Source: Chitinophaga pinensis (GTDB lineage: Bacteria > Bacteroidota > Bacteroidia > AKYH767-A > OLB10). Taken from it: 64,000 nucleotides of DNA. The DNA lies in assembly GCA_943332105.1 (NCBI GenBank), contig CALQOD010000002.1:109-64108 (forward strand). The letters run 5' to 3'. The notes below the pieces were generated by a model. It was not told where the DNA came from. It searched no databases and saw only the letters and a list, made by a program, of their open reading frames with translations. A program made the translations under genes and the position numbers. Below are positions 50,027 through 58,615 of the stretch, one piece after another; the stretch's first letter is position 1; the number at the start of each line of letters is the position of its first letter.

Positions 50027-50445
50027 TTCAGGTAATGAAAAAGGGGAGTGGCTGGGTCATACCAAAGTGGTTGGTGGTAGTTAGAATTATAGTGGTTTAT
50101 GAGCATTTTTGGCTTTATGCCTATCGCACCAAATGCAATTGCGACCCCAATGGTATTTATTAAGAAGGTGATCCTTACGGGGAATTCCCCGGTGAATAGG
50201 GAAAAGTTCTAAACTTTTTAAATATATTTAAGCGAAAATAAATTCGGTTTTTGTGGAATATAAATTTAATAACCAAGCCTTAATAGAGGCTGCTAAGTTG
50301 TCATTACCTGGTGGTGTTTTATTAAAGCTAAATGCAGCTTTAAACGAAGACGAGGCTTATGTTGCAGATGAGTTAGTAGAATTGTCGGAGGAAATTCTCA
50401 ATCAGGTAGCCGCCATTGGTTTTCTGCATTATACTATAAACTCAA

Positions 50446-51672
50446 TTAAGATTTCTTGCCAATCACTTTTTCTATTCGATTTTTAGAATCAGTGCTTACT
50501 TTGCATTGTTTAGCATAATCTTTCCAATTATAAATCACCGCTTGAACCTGATCAATAATAGCACTTGTATTTTTTATTTTGAAATAATTGGCTAATTCCA
50601 TTAAATGTTGTTTGTTGGGATTAGCACTTTCTCCGCTCACCATTGTGCTATGCATACCATGTCCTGAACTTGAAAACGTTAAGTCATAAGCCGGAGAAAC
50701 TTTCCAATTTCCATTTTCATCCATTAAGAAAGAAATATTTTTACTATGGTCATCTCTGTTATGAGCAAATACATTAAACGCTGCTAAACGAAGAATTTTT
50801 TCATACGCACGAACATCTCGTTCAAGTAGGAAGGCGCAATCCATTACGTTGCCATAATCTAAATTGCTTAGTCTGAAGTTATCATGCATCATTCCTGCTG
50901 CTGAATGCATGTGTAAACGATTATTACCTATTCTATCAAAACGTTTAGTGCCAAAATATACCTGACCCGATTTACCTTTAAAAAGCTTACACGCACTCAT
51001 TTCTATTCCTGCATCAATTGCCATTTTATAGTAAGCGTATTCAATATTTGCAATATCTGGCCAATCAGAAGATGATGGAAATTTTATCAGCCAATGTTCA
51101 TAGCCAATTGGTAAATCTTTTTCAGCACCAATTATATGTTGTGTTTTGGGATTATAGCCCACTAATATTTTTGGACGAGCGCCACCTGACGAACCTCCTA
51201 ATATGTACAATTCATCAAGTATCTCAGTAGACGTTCCTGAAATAATTTGATGCGTGGCTTTAGCAATTTTATCTAATTCAAATTCAAATTGTTTATGTAT
51301 TCCATCATCTATTTCGGGTTTATAAATTAATGCGCCCATTCCTTTACTTCCTACAAATGCCAAACGGTCAAGCATGGTCATATTACTTATATCAATTCCC
51401 TTTGCCCTTAATGCTCTATCTAATAATAATTTTCCCCATCCCTCCGGTAAGGAATCGGCAAACACACCAAACAATCCATCAAATGGTATTGCAGCTGCTT
51501 TATTTATTCCTGTGTTTAATTTTAATTTAAGCGGAGATATTTCTATGCCTTTACTAATAAAGTCGGTATAATATTTAAAATAAATAGCACGACCTTCACT
51601 TACCAATTCTCCTAACTCAACTTCATTTTCATTGAACTGAATAGAAACAATTATTTTTTTTACGTGCTCCAT
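50446..51672 (-). CDS. hipA: type II toxin-antitoxin system HipA-family kinase toxin
   Basis: N-terminal HipA coupling region (FDGLFGVFADSLPEGWGKLLLDR), P-loop-like GGSSGGARPK and catalytic HNRDDHSKNISF. 408 aa. Confidence 0.9.
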   Translation of the reverse strand: MEHVKKIIVSIQFNENEVELGELVSEGRAIYFKYYTDFISKGIEISPLKLKLNTGINKAAAIPFDGLFGVFADSLPEGWGKLLLDRALRAKGIDISNMTMLDRLAFVGSKGMGALIYKPEIDDGIHKQFEFELDKIAKATHQIISGTSTEILDELYILGGSSGGARPKILVGYNPKTQHIIGAEKDLPIGYEHWLIKFPSSSDWPDIANIEYAYYKMAIDAGIEMSACKLFKGKSGQVYFGTKRFDRIGNNRLHMHSAAGMMHDNFRLSNLDYGNVMDCAFLLERDVRAYEKILRLAAFNVFAHNRDDHSKNISFLMDENGNWKVSPAYDLTFSSSGHGMHSTMVSGESANPNKQHLMELANYFKIKNTSAIIDQVQAVIYNWKDYAKQCKVSTDSKNRIEKVIGKKS

Positions 51673-51674
51673 GA

Positions 51675-51965
51675 TTAAATTTTTGTTCTATCGCTAAACA
51701 GTTTGTCAATATTTTTCAAGTTGTCATCTGAATTTAAAATTAATTCAAAGTCACCAATGCGATTGAGTATTTGAACCGATTTGAGCAATGACTCTAAAGA
51801 GATTTGTCCCGTAAGTTCAAAGCGTTTAATACTGCCTAATGAAACTCCTGATCGTTTGGCTAATTCACTTTGCGATAAACCAGTTTGCTTTCTTAACAAT
51901 TTATGCTTTTCAGCTAATTCTTTTAAAACATCAAACGGTTTTTTCTCTACTCCAAATTTTGTCAT
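51675..51965 (-). CDS. hipB: HipB-like XRE-family HTH antitoxin
   Basis: HTH LRKQTGLSQSELAKRSGVSLGSIKRFE, ending 2 nt upstream of hipA. ATG 51965 (96 aa) is preferred over TTG 51986. Confidence 0.8.
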   Translation of the reverse strand: MTKFGVEKKPFDVLKELAEKHKLLRKQTGLSQSELAKRSGVSLGSIKRFELTGQISLESLLKSVQILNRIGDFELILNSDDNLKNIDKLFSDRTKI

Positions 51966-51977
51966 ATTAGCTAATAT
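51964..51977. promoter_or_regulatory. perfect 14-bp palindrome at the hipB start, candidate HipB operator
   Basis: ATATTAGCTAATAT is its own reverse complement and overlaps the ATG by 2 nt. An 11/14 related site, TAAATAGCTAATAT, lies at 52005-52018, 41 bp centre to centre. Confidence 0.35.
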
Positions 51978-52069
51978 ATTAGACAAATGTAGCTATAAAT
52001 TAGTTAAATAGCTAATATGTTGGCTATATAAGATTAGAGAATTTAGGCCTGTTTTATTGGAATATTTTG

Positions 52070-52137
52070 AATTCGCAAAAGCTTTATTCCTTGGCTTCGC
52101 CATTTTTGATTTTTTGCTTACTGGTGCACCCGGCGGG
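52070..52137 (-). repeat. 68-bp direct copy of the tRNA-Arg 3' end (16 nt) plus its 52-bp downstream flank
   Basis: 52070-52137 equals 52239-52306 at 67 of 68 positions (offset 169 bp). It includes TGGTGCACCCGGCGGG, the complement of the tRNA 3' terminus. Confidence 0.9.
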
Positions 52138-52290
52138 ATTAACTCCGTTTTTCCCGCCTCGCCAAGTGGGAAATAAAAAACCAAAAACATACTTTCAGTC
52201 TGCACGAAACAAATCTTTATGCTCATTTATGCGAGCATAATTCGCAAAAGCTTTATTCCTTGGCTCCGCCATTTTTGATTTTTTGCTTAC

Positions 52291-52367
52291 TGGTGCACCC
52301 GGCGGGGTTCGAACCCACAACCAACAGAACCGGAATCTGCCATTCTATCCAATTAAACTACGGGTGC
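52291..52367 (-). tRNA. tRNA-Arg (CCG)
   Basis: Hand-folded: acceptor GCACCCG/CGGGTGC, anticodon stem GCAGA/TCTGT with loop TTCCGGT, T-arm GTGGG TTCGAAC CCCGC, encoded CCA. 77 nt. Confidence 0.9.
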
Positions 52368-52391
52368 AGTGCTATTATTTACTCTTTAATT

Positions 52392-52449
52392 TCTGTCATT
52401 CTATCCATTGCGCCGTGCTGAGCTTTTGCTGAAGCAAACTACGGGTGCA
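52392..52449 (-). pseudogene. degenerate copy of the 5' part of tRNA-Arg, interrupted by about 28 bp
   Basis: AAACTACGGGTGCA (52436-52449) equals 52355-52368, and TCTGtCATTCTATCCA (52392-52407) matches 52336-52351 with one mismatch. The two blocks are separated by 52408-52435, which is absent from the real gene. Confidence 0.7.
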
Positions 52450-52536
52450 AAAATGATTAGCGACTAGTGTTTGCTAATTTAATAAACGAAATGCAAAAGT
52501 AGTTAATCTGATAAACGTATAGAAAAGAGAAAATGA

Positions 52537-53556
52537 TTAGTTGATTTTATTCTTCGAGTAGTCGAATGCTATTGCTCCAATCTTTCCAATCAATGCAGCT
52601 TCTTGTGCAGTATCAGCACCATTTGTAAAAACAGTAATCAGAAAAGGATTTTCATTCGTATAGAAAATAGCGGTTTCGTGTATTTGACATGAATTAGTAT
52701 AAAGACGTTCTCCAAATTTATGGGCTACTTTAATATCCTTATCAGCAATATTTCTTAATAATCCTCCTCGGTATACTGATTCAGTTAGTAACGACAAAGC
52801 AAATTCAGAATTTTTATTGTTTAATACAGAGGAGTTGTAAAGTACTCTTAAGAATCGACTGCATTGTTCGCTTGTTAAATTAAAATCAGAAGCTTTTGGA
52901 TCGGGTATAGGTAATCCCATGTCCGAAAAAAACAATTGATAATCTTTTACTTCAATAAATGAATTCAAATGCGCCGTTGCATTGTTATTAGAATATTTTA
53001 TCATGTACTCAATTAGCTCTTTAACGGTATATGCTTTGCCTAAAACCAAGGCTGGGCCTTCTTGCGTTTGTTTATTTTCGCCAGTTAAACTCTTTTCAAC
53101 TAATATCTTCTGATTTAACCAGCCCGGCTTTACTTCATCAAGGTGCAAATGATATATCATAGCAACTATCTTCATAATACTTGCGATGCTGTATTCTTCA
53201 CTACCATTTATTGAAATCCATCTTCCAGAGTTTAAATCACGAAAATAAACAGAGGCAGAGTTTACCCCTGCACCACTAGCGGTGTTGTTATTTATTGTCT
53301 CAATAAGTTTACTTTTTAGGTCTAATAGTTCATCACTTTCCTTTGGGCTATCAGCCATTAGCAATGGTCTAGTAAATTCACCATGACGGCTAGATTCGTA
53401 ACGAATGACACCGCAATTATTAATACTAATGTTTGCCGAATTTTGCAGCGTTTTCTTTTCTCTAAAAGCACAAATAGAAATGAGCGACCCTGTTCCAACA
53501 CCAGTAACAATTAATAATACGAGCCATAAAGGCACTGAAGATTTTAAAAGTTTCAT
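52537..53556 (-). CDS. membrane-anchored class-A beta-lactamase-related serine hydrolase
   Basis: N-terminal TM (VPLWLVLLIVTGVGTGSLISI), S-x-x-K as ASIMK, SDN-loop equivalent YSNNNATAHL and a KTG-box equivalent HKFGE. 339 aa. Confidence 0.7.
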   Translation of the reverse strand: MKLLKSSVPLWLVLLIVTGVGTGSLISICAFREKKTLQNSANISINNCGVIRYESSRHGEFTRPLLMADSPKESDELLDLKSKLIETINNNTASGAGVNSASVYFRDLNSGRWISINGSEEYSIASIMKIVAMIYHLHLDEVKPGWLNQKILVEKSLTGENKQTQEGPALVLGKAYTVKELIEYMIKYSNNNATAHLNSFIEVKDYQLFFSDMGLPIPDPKASDFNLTSEQCSRFLRVLYNSSVLNNKNSEFALSLLTESVYRGGLLRNIADKDIKVAHKFGERLYTNSCQIHETAIFYTNENPFLITVFTNGADTAQEAALIGKIGAIAFDYSKNKIN

Positions 53557-53709
53557 AAAAACGGTTAATGGTTAAGTAGATAAACAAAACAAACCAACGC
53601 ACGATTCTCAATATGTTCACAAAAGAAAAAGGCGGAAAATGCCAAATTTCTATTTGCCCGAATACTGAACAGTAAAAAGAAATAATATAAAAGTGAAATT
53701 AATTTAACG

Positions 53710-53793
53710 TACCCGGGATCGGGGTCGAACCGATATGATATTGCTATCACTGGTGTTTGAGACCAGCGCGTCTACCAATTCCGCCACCCGGGC
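53710..53793 (-). tRNA. tRNA-Leu (CAA)
   Basis: Hand-folded: acceptor GCCCGGG/CCCGGGT (G1-U72), anticodon stem CTGGT/ACCAG with loop CTCAAAC, long variable arm, T-arm ATCGG TTCGACC CCGAT. 84 nt. Confidence 0.85.
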
Positions 53794-54173
53794 AGTTTTA
53801 TGTTTCACTTTCACTACTTTGTTTATTCATGGTGTCGTTTTCTTTCTCGTGTTTGGTAACATAAGGGAACACCCTCACTTAACGACTAAATCAAAAATTC
53901 ACACCATTCAGAGGTTGGTGTAAACCATTGACAACCAAAATAAACAATTCAACTAAATTGTTTTGGGAGGGCTAAATTAGGTAAATAGCTATGTAGTTCC
54001 AAATGTTTATGTAGGTAATTGACTAATATCAATGAATTAAAGCCGGAAACAAACTTAGACATCCACAGTTTAAAATGTTGTATTGTTTTAGCAATTGATT
54101 GTGAATTCTCTTTGACTTGAGCTATATTTTTCTTTTCTTTGCAACCCCTAAAAAAGCTAGTCCAAATCAACTT

Positions 54174-55109
54174 ATGGCACGTCAGGTAAAAATATTTGGT
54201 GGTACTGCATCCAAATACCTTGCAGAGCAAATCGCAAGTCATTACGGTGCGCCATTGGGGGATTCCCATGTTGTAAGGTTTAGCGATGGAGAGTTTTCGC
54301 CATGGTTTAATGAAAGTGTTCGGGGATGTGATGTTTTTATCATTCAAAGTACATTTTCTCCAACAGATAACCTTTTTGAGTTATTGCTTTTAATTGACGC
54401 TGCTAAAAGGGCATCAGCTCACTATATTACAGCTGTAATTCCGTATTTTGGATTTGCTCGTAGCGATAGAAAAGACAAGCCAAGGGTTGCAATTGGAGCA
54501 AAATTAGTAGCTAATTTATTAAGCGCAGCTGGAGTTACACGTATTATGACGATGGATTTACATGCTCCTCAAATACAAGGTTTTTTTGATGTGCCAGTAG
54601 ATCACATGGATGCATCGGCGATTTTTGTTCCTTATATAAAGAGTTTAGATTTGCCAAACATGCTTATTTGTGCTCCAGATATGGGTGGCGTTCATCGTGC
54701 GCGTACCTATGCATCATACTTTAATGCAGATATGGCAATTATTGATAAGCACCGTAAGAGAGCGAATGAAATTGAGAGCATGACTGTAATCGGTGATGTG
54801 AGGGGTAGAGATGTGATATTGGTAGATGATATAATTGATACTGCAGGAACATTGACAAAGGCTGCCGGTTTATTAATTGATTCTGGTGCTGCATCTGTTC
54901 GAGCGTTTTGTACGCATCCCGTTTTGAGCGGTGCTGCATATGAAAGAGTTGAAAAATCACAGTTAACAGAACTAGTTGTCTGCGATACTATACCACTTAA
55001 AAGAGAGTCTGAAAAAATCAAACAATTATCTACATCAGCATTATTTGCTAAAACAATTCAGCGGGTGTATGCATATGAGTCTATAAGTTCACTATTTGTT
55101 AAAGAATAA
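54174..55109 (+). CDS. prs: ribose-phosphate pyrophosphokinase
   Basis: VKIFGGTASKYLAEQIA, PYFGFARSDRK and the DDIIDTAGTL PRPP-binding loop. ATG 54174 is preferred over the tracked start 54117. Confidence 0.93.
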   Translation: MARQVKIFGGTASKYLAEQIASHYGAPLGDSHVVRFSDGEFSPWFNESVRGCDVFIIQSTFSPTDNLFELLLLIDAAKRASAHYITAVIPYFGFARSDRKDKPRVAIGAKLVANLLSAAGVTRIMTMDLHAPQIQGFFDVPVDHMDASAIFVPYIKSLDLPNMLICAPDMGGVHRARTYASYFNADMAIIDKHRKRANEIESMTVIGDVRGRDVILVDDIIDTAGTLTKAAGLLIDSGAASVRAFCTHPVLSGAAYERVEKSQLTELVVCDTIPLKRESEKIKQLSTSALFAKTIQRVYAYESISSLFVKE

Positions 55110-55120
55110 TTATTACCCAA

Positions 55121-55699
55121 ATGAAAACGATTGAAATTAATGGTTTAATGCGCACTAACATGTCTAAACAAGAGGTAAAAACTCTACGTGGTGGCGAAAT
55201 GGTTCCATGCGTACTTTATGGTGGCGAAGAGCAAGTTCATTTCTCTACAGATTTGTCATCCTTCAAAGGTTTAGTTTACACTCCTGATGTTCACATGGTG
55301 AACTTATCAGTTGATGGAAAGCATTATCAATGTGTAATTCAGGATGTTCAATATCATCCAGTTACTGATGTAATCATCCACGCTGATTTTATTATGGTGT
55401 TTGATAATAAGCCGGTAACGATGAGCATTCCTGTAAAATTAACAGGTGCTTCTGAAGGGGTTAAAATGGGGGGTAAGTTAGTTACTAAATACCGTCGATT
55501 AAAAGTAAATGCTTTGCCAGCAAACTTGCCTGATTTTATCACAGTTGATATCTCATCAATGAAAATTGGTGATGCTATCCGTGTTCGTGATTTAAGCTTA
55601 AACGATGTAACTTTGTTAGAGTCTCCAACAAACGTTATCGTAAGTGTTAATATGACACGTAATGTTTCTGCTGAAGCAGCTGAAGCGTCTAAGAAATAA
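55121..55699 (+). CDS. rplY: 50S ribosomal protein L25 / general stress protein Ctc
   Basis: RTNMSKQEVKTLRGGEMVPCVLYGG and HPVTDVIIHADF are typical of L25/Ctc. 192 aa, upstream of pth. Confidence 0.9.
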   Translation: MKTIEINGLMRTNMSKQEVKTLRGGEMVPCVLYGGEEQVHFSTDLSSFKGLVYTPDVHMVNLSVDGKHYQCVIQDVQYHPVTDVIIHADFIMVFDNKPVTMSIPVKLTGASEGVKMGGKLVTKYRRLKVNALPANLPDFITVDISSMKIGDAIRVRDLSLNDVTLLESPTNVIVSVNMTRNVSAEAAEASKK

Positions 55700-55718
55700 T
55701 ATAAATAGTATTATAGTA

Positions 55719-55748
55719 ATAGAGGGGTGCCTAAAGCGCTCCTCTATT
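55719..55748 (+). terminator. hairpin downstream of rplY
   Basis: AATAGAGG...CCTCTATT 8-bp stem with a structured loop, followed by a T-rich tract. Confidence 0.5.
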
Positions 55749-55765
55749 CGTATTTTTACTGAATT

Positions 55766-56329
55766 ATGAAATATTTAATCGCAGGATTAGGGAATATAGG
55801 GCCTGATTATGTTCATACACGACATAATATAGGATTTGATTTAGCAGATGCTTTTGCAAAGGAATTGGCAATTGACTTTTCTTCTGGAAAAAGAGTTTGG
55901 ATTGCAGAAGGGAAATTAAAAGGACAACAAGTTTATATTATAAAACCTACCACATATATGAATTTAAGTGGTGAGGCAATTCGATATTGGTTGCAAGAAC
56001 TTAAAATCAGTAAGGAGAACTTATTAGTTGTAACAGATGATCTTGCACTTCCTTTTGGAACACTTCGCATGAAACCTTCGGGAGGTGCTGCAGGGCATAA
56101 TGGATTAACGAATATTATTGATTGTTTACAATCTGAGCAGTTTGCGCGACTCAGATTTGGTATTGGAAATAATTATCCAAAGGGGCGACAAGTTGATTAT
56201 GTACTTGGTCATTGGTCATCGGCTGAGGTCATTGAGTTGGCTCCACGAATTGAAACAGCTGTAGAAATGATTAAAAGTTTTGTATCAGTTGGATTGCAAC
56301 AAACAATGAATGCTTATAACAATAAATAA
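55766..56329 (+). CDS. pth: peptidyl-tRNA hydrolase
   Basis: YLIAGLGNIGPDYVHTRHNIGF and AAGHNGL motifs. 187 aa. Confidence 0.95.
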   Translation: MKYLIAGLGNIGPDYVHTRHNIGFDLADAFAKELAIDFSSGKRVWIAEGKLKGQQVYIIKPTTYMNLSGEAIRYWLQELKISKENLLVVTDDLALPFGTLRMKPSGGAAGHNGLTNIIDCLQSEQFARLRFGIGNNYPKGRQVDYVLGHWSSAEVIELAPRIETAVEMIKSFVSVGLQQTMNAYNNK

Positions 56330-56373
56330 CGGCAAGGTTATTGTAAAACGCTGCGAACAAAAATTACAACACT

Positions 56374-56721
56374 ATGAAAGCAAAATTCTACCTTCCAATT
56401 ATCCTGTTCCTTTTCAGTTTTTCTACTAAGTCATTTGCTCAAGCAGACGACAATTCAAAAATCAACAGTTCAATTACAGAGCTTTCTATCTATCCTCAAC
56501 CATCTAACGGAATTATCAATTTTAAATTATCCGAAGTTCAAAATCAAAATCCAGTGATTGCAGTTTACGATTTGCTAGGAAACAAAATTTCAGAGATTGA
56601 ATCAGATCATGAAAATGGAACAATCTACTCTATCAATCTAGAGGACAAAAAAGCGGGATACTATTTTCTTAAAATACAAATCGATAATGCGATCTTTTCT
56701 CGAAGGATAACAATCAAATAA
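56374..56721 (+). CDS. minimal secreted protein consisting essentially of a T9SS type-A sorting domain
   Basis: Signal peptide (FYLPIILFLFSFSTKSFA), a linker of about 13 aa, then LSIYPQPSNGIINFKL...VYDLLGNKI...GYYFLKIQIDNAIFSRRITIK. 115 aa in total. Confidence 0.7.
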   Translation: MKAKFYLPIILFLFSFSTKSFAQADDNSKINSSITELSIYPQPSNGIINFKLSEVQNQNPVIAVYDLLGNKISEIESDHENGTIYSINLEDKKAGYYFLKIQIDNAIFSRRITIK

Positions 56722-56722
56722 T

Positions 56723-56756
56723 AAAAAAAGCGACAATAATTTGTCGCTTTTTTTAT
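56723..56756. terminator. bidirectional terminator between the CTD-only gene and aspS
   Basis: AGCGACA ATAATT TGTCGCT hairpin flanked by A7 and T7 runs. Confidence 0.8.
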
Positions 56757-56758
56757 GC

Positions 56759-58498
56759 TTAAATTTTTATTCCTAATTCTTTTAACTGATCATCGTGAAT
56801 CACAGACGGTGCATCAATCATCACATCCCTTCCGCTATTGTTTTTCGGGAATGCAATAAAATCTCTTATGCTTTCAGAGCCTCCAAACAATGAGCAAAGT
56901 CTATCGAAGCCAAATGCTATTCCACCGTGCGGAGGAGCTCCAAACTCAAAAGCATTCATTAAAAATCCAAATTGGTCTTGGGCTTCTTCTGGCGAAAATC
57001 CAAGTAACGAAAACATTTTCGCTTGCAATTTTTTATTGTAAATTCGAATAGAACCACCACCAACTTCAACACCATTAATAACCATATCATAAGCATTTGC
57101 TCTAACCTGTCCTGGGTGGTTTTCTAGTAATGGCATATCTTCAGGAAGCGGTGATGTGAAAGGGTGATGCATTGCGAAATAACGATTTACTTCTTCATTA
57201 TATTCAAGCAATGGGAAGTCAATCACCCACAAGCAACTAAATGTGTTCTTATCTCTTAAACCTAAACGAGTGCCCATTTCTAATCTTAACTCATTCATTG
57301 CTTTTCGAGTTTTATTACTAGGCCCTGCTAATATCAGAATTAGGTCACCTGGCTTTGCATTCATCGCATCAGCCCATTTTTGCAAAGCTTCTGGATTATA
57401 AAATTTATCTACACTCGATTTAATAGTACCATCATTATTTACTCTTGCATAAACTAATCCGGTAGCTCCAATTTGAGGCTTCTTAACAAACTCGGTTAAA
57501 TCATCCAATTGCTTGCGCGTATACTCTGAACATCCACTTGCATTAATTCCTACAACTAACTCGGCTTCATCAAATACTTTAAAATCTGATCCTTTAGTAA
57601 GATCATTTAACTCAACAAACTTCATTTCATAACGGGTGTCTGGTTTATCGCAGCCATAATACTTCATAGCATCCGCGTAACTTATTCGAGGCAATTCTCC
57701 GATATCAATTCCTTTTAACTTTTTAAATAAATGTTGAACAAGTCCTTCAAAAGTTTGAAGGATATCTTCTCTTTCAATAAAGCTCATCTCGCAGTCAATC
57801 TGTGTAAATTCGGGTTGTCGATCTGCTCTTAAGTCTTCATCACGGAAACATTTTACAATTTGATAATAGCGATCGAAGCCGGCAACCATCAATAACTGTT
57901 TAAATGTTTGAGGGGATTGCGGCAAAGCATAAAACTGACCTTGATTCATTCGTGATGGCACAACAAAATCGCGAGCACCTTCTGGAGTAGATTTTATCAA
58001 TACTGGAGTTTCGACCTCTAAAAATAGCTGCGCATCTAAATATTTTCTCGTTTCAATTGCTAAGCGATGTCGCAACTCTAGATTTGCGCGAACATTAGCA
58101 CGGCGCAAGTCAAGGTAACGGTATTTCATTCTCAAATCATCTCCACCATCTGTTTGTTCTTCGATAGTAAATGGGGGTGTAATTGCTTCATTAAGTATTT
58201 CAAATGACGAAACAATAATTTCGATATCGCCTGTTGCTATCTTGTTATTTTTGCTTTCTCGTTCCTTTACCATGCCTGTTGCTTTAACAACATACTCTCT
58301 TCCTAATTTCCTTGCTGAAGAACATAATTCTGCATTTACATCCATATTAAAAGCAAGTTGCGTTAAGCCATAGCGGTCTCTAAGATCAATAAAAGTTAGG
58401 CCGCCTAAGTCTCTTGATTTTTGAACCCAGCCACATAAAGTAACTTCCATTCCTTGGTTGCCGATAGATAATTCTCCGCAGGTATGTGATCGTAACAT
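56759..58498 (-). CDS. aspS: aspartate-tRNA ligase
   Basis: [49 protein letters not shown] and [10 protein letters not shown] class II motifs. 579 aa. Confidence 0.96.
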   Translation of the reverse strand: MLRSHTCGELSIGNQGMEVTLCGWVQKSRDLGGLTFIDLRDRYGLTQLAFNMDVNAELCSSARKLGREYVVKATGMVKERESKNNKIATGDIEIIVSSFEILNEAITPPFTIEEQTDGGDDLRMKYRYLDLRRANVRANLELRHRLAIETRKYLDAQLFLEVETPVLIKSTPEGARDFVVPSRMNQGQFYALPQSPQTFKQLLMVAGFDRYYQIVKCFRDEDLRADRQPEFTQIDCEMSFIEREDILQTFEGLVQHLFKKLKGIDIGELPRISYADAMKYYGCDKPDTRYEMKFVELNDLTKGSDFKVFDEAELVVGINASGCSEYTRKQLDDLTEFVKKPQIGATGLVYARVNNDGTIKSSVDKFYNPEALQKWADAMNAKPGDLILILAGPSNKTRKAMNELRLEMGTRLGLRDKNTFSCLWVIDFPLLEYNEEVNRYFAMHHPFTSPLPEDMPLLENHPGQVRANAYDMVINGVEVGGGSIRIYNKKLQAKMFSLLGFSPEEAQDQFGFLMNAFEFGAPPHGGIAFGFDRLCSLFGGSESIRDFIAFPKNNSGRDVMIDAPSVIHDDQLKELGIKI

Positions 58499-58615
58499 AG
58501 TTAAATGTGCTTTATAAACGCGGTGTAAAATTAGCTTTTTATTTCCTTTTTTAAGAGTAAAAATGAAAAGTAATAGTTTTATTAGATTAACAGATTATGA
58601 TTAATTTAGACGCCT

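Noticed and set aside
50035-50163. 42-aa hydrophobic peptide ORF (MKKGSGWVIPKWLVVVRIIVVY...), considered as a type I toxin
   Set aside because: There is no antisense RNA evidence and no conservation information, and short hydrophobic ORFs arise easily in AT-rich DNA.
50253-50486. GTG-initiated 77-aa ORF (MEYKFNNQALIEAAKL...) converging on and overlapping hipA by 41 nt
   Set aside because: The helical acidic sequence is plausible, but there is no ATG, no recognisable family, and its last 14 codons lie antisense inside hipA. It is kept only as a note under the intergenic-gap finding.
51993-52226. 77-aa minus-strand ORF across the tRNA-Arg repeat region
   Set aside because: It runs through the duplicated tRNA 3' fragment and flank. 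There is no motif and it is most likely non-coding.
53565-53923. 61-aa and 62-aa ORFs overlapping tRNA-Leu
   Set aside because: They overlap a tRNA gene on both strands and are spurious.
53949-54347. 132-aa minus-strand ORF overlapping the prs 5' end
   Set aside because: It overlaps the well-supported prs gene, has no motifs, and is probably spurious. The 380-bp region upstream of prs otherwise showed no ncRNA signature I could recognise.
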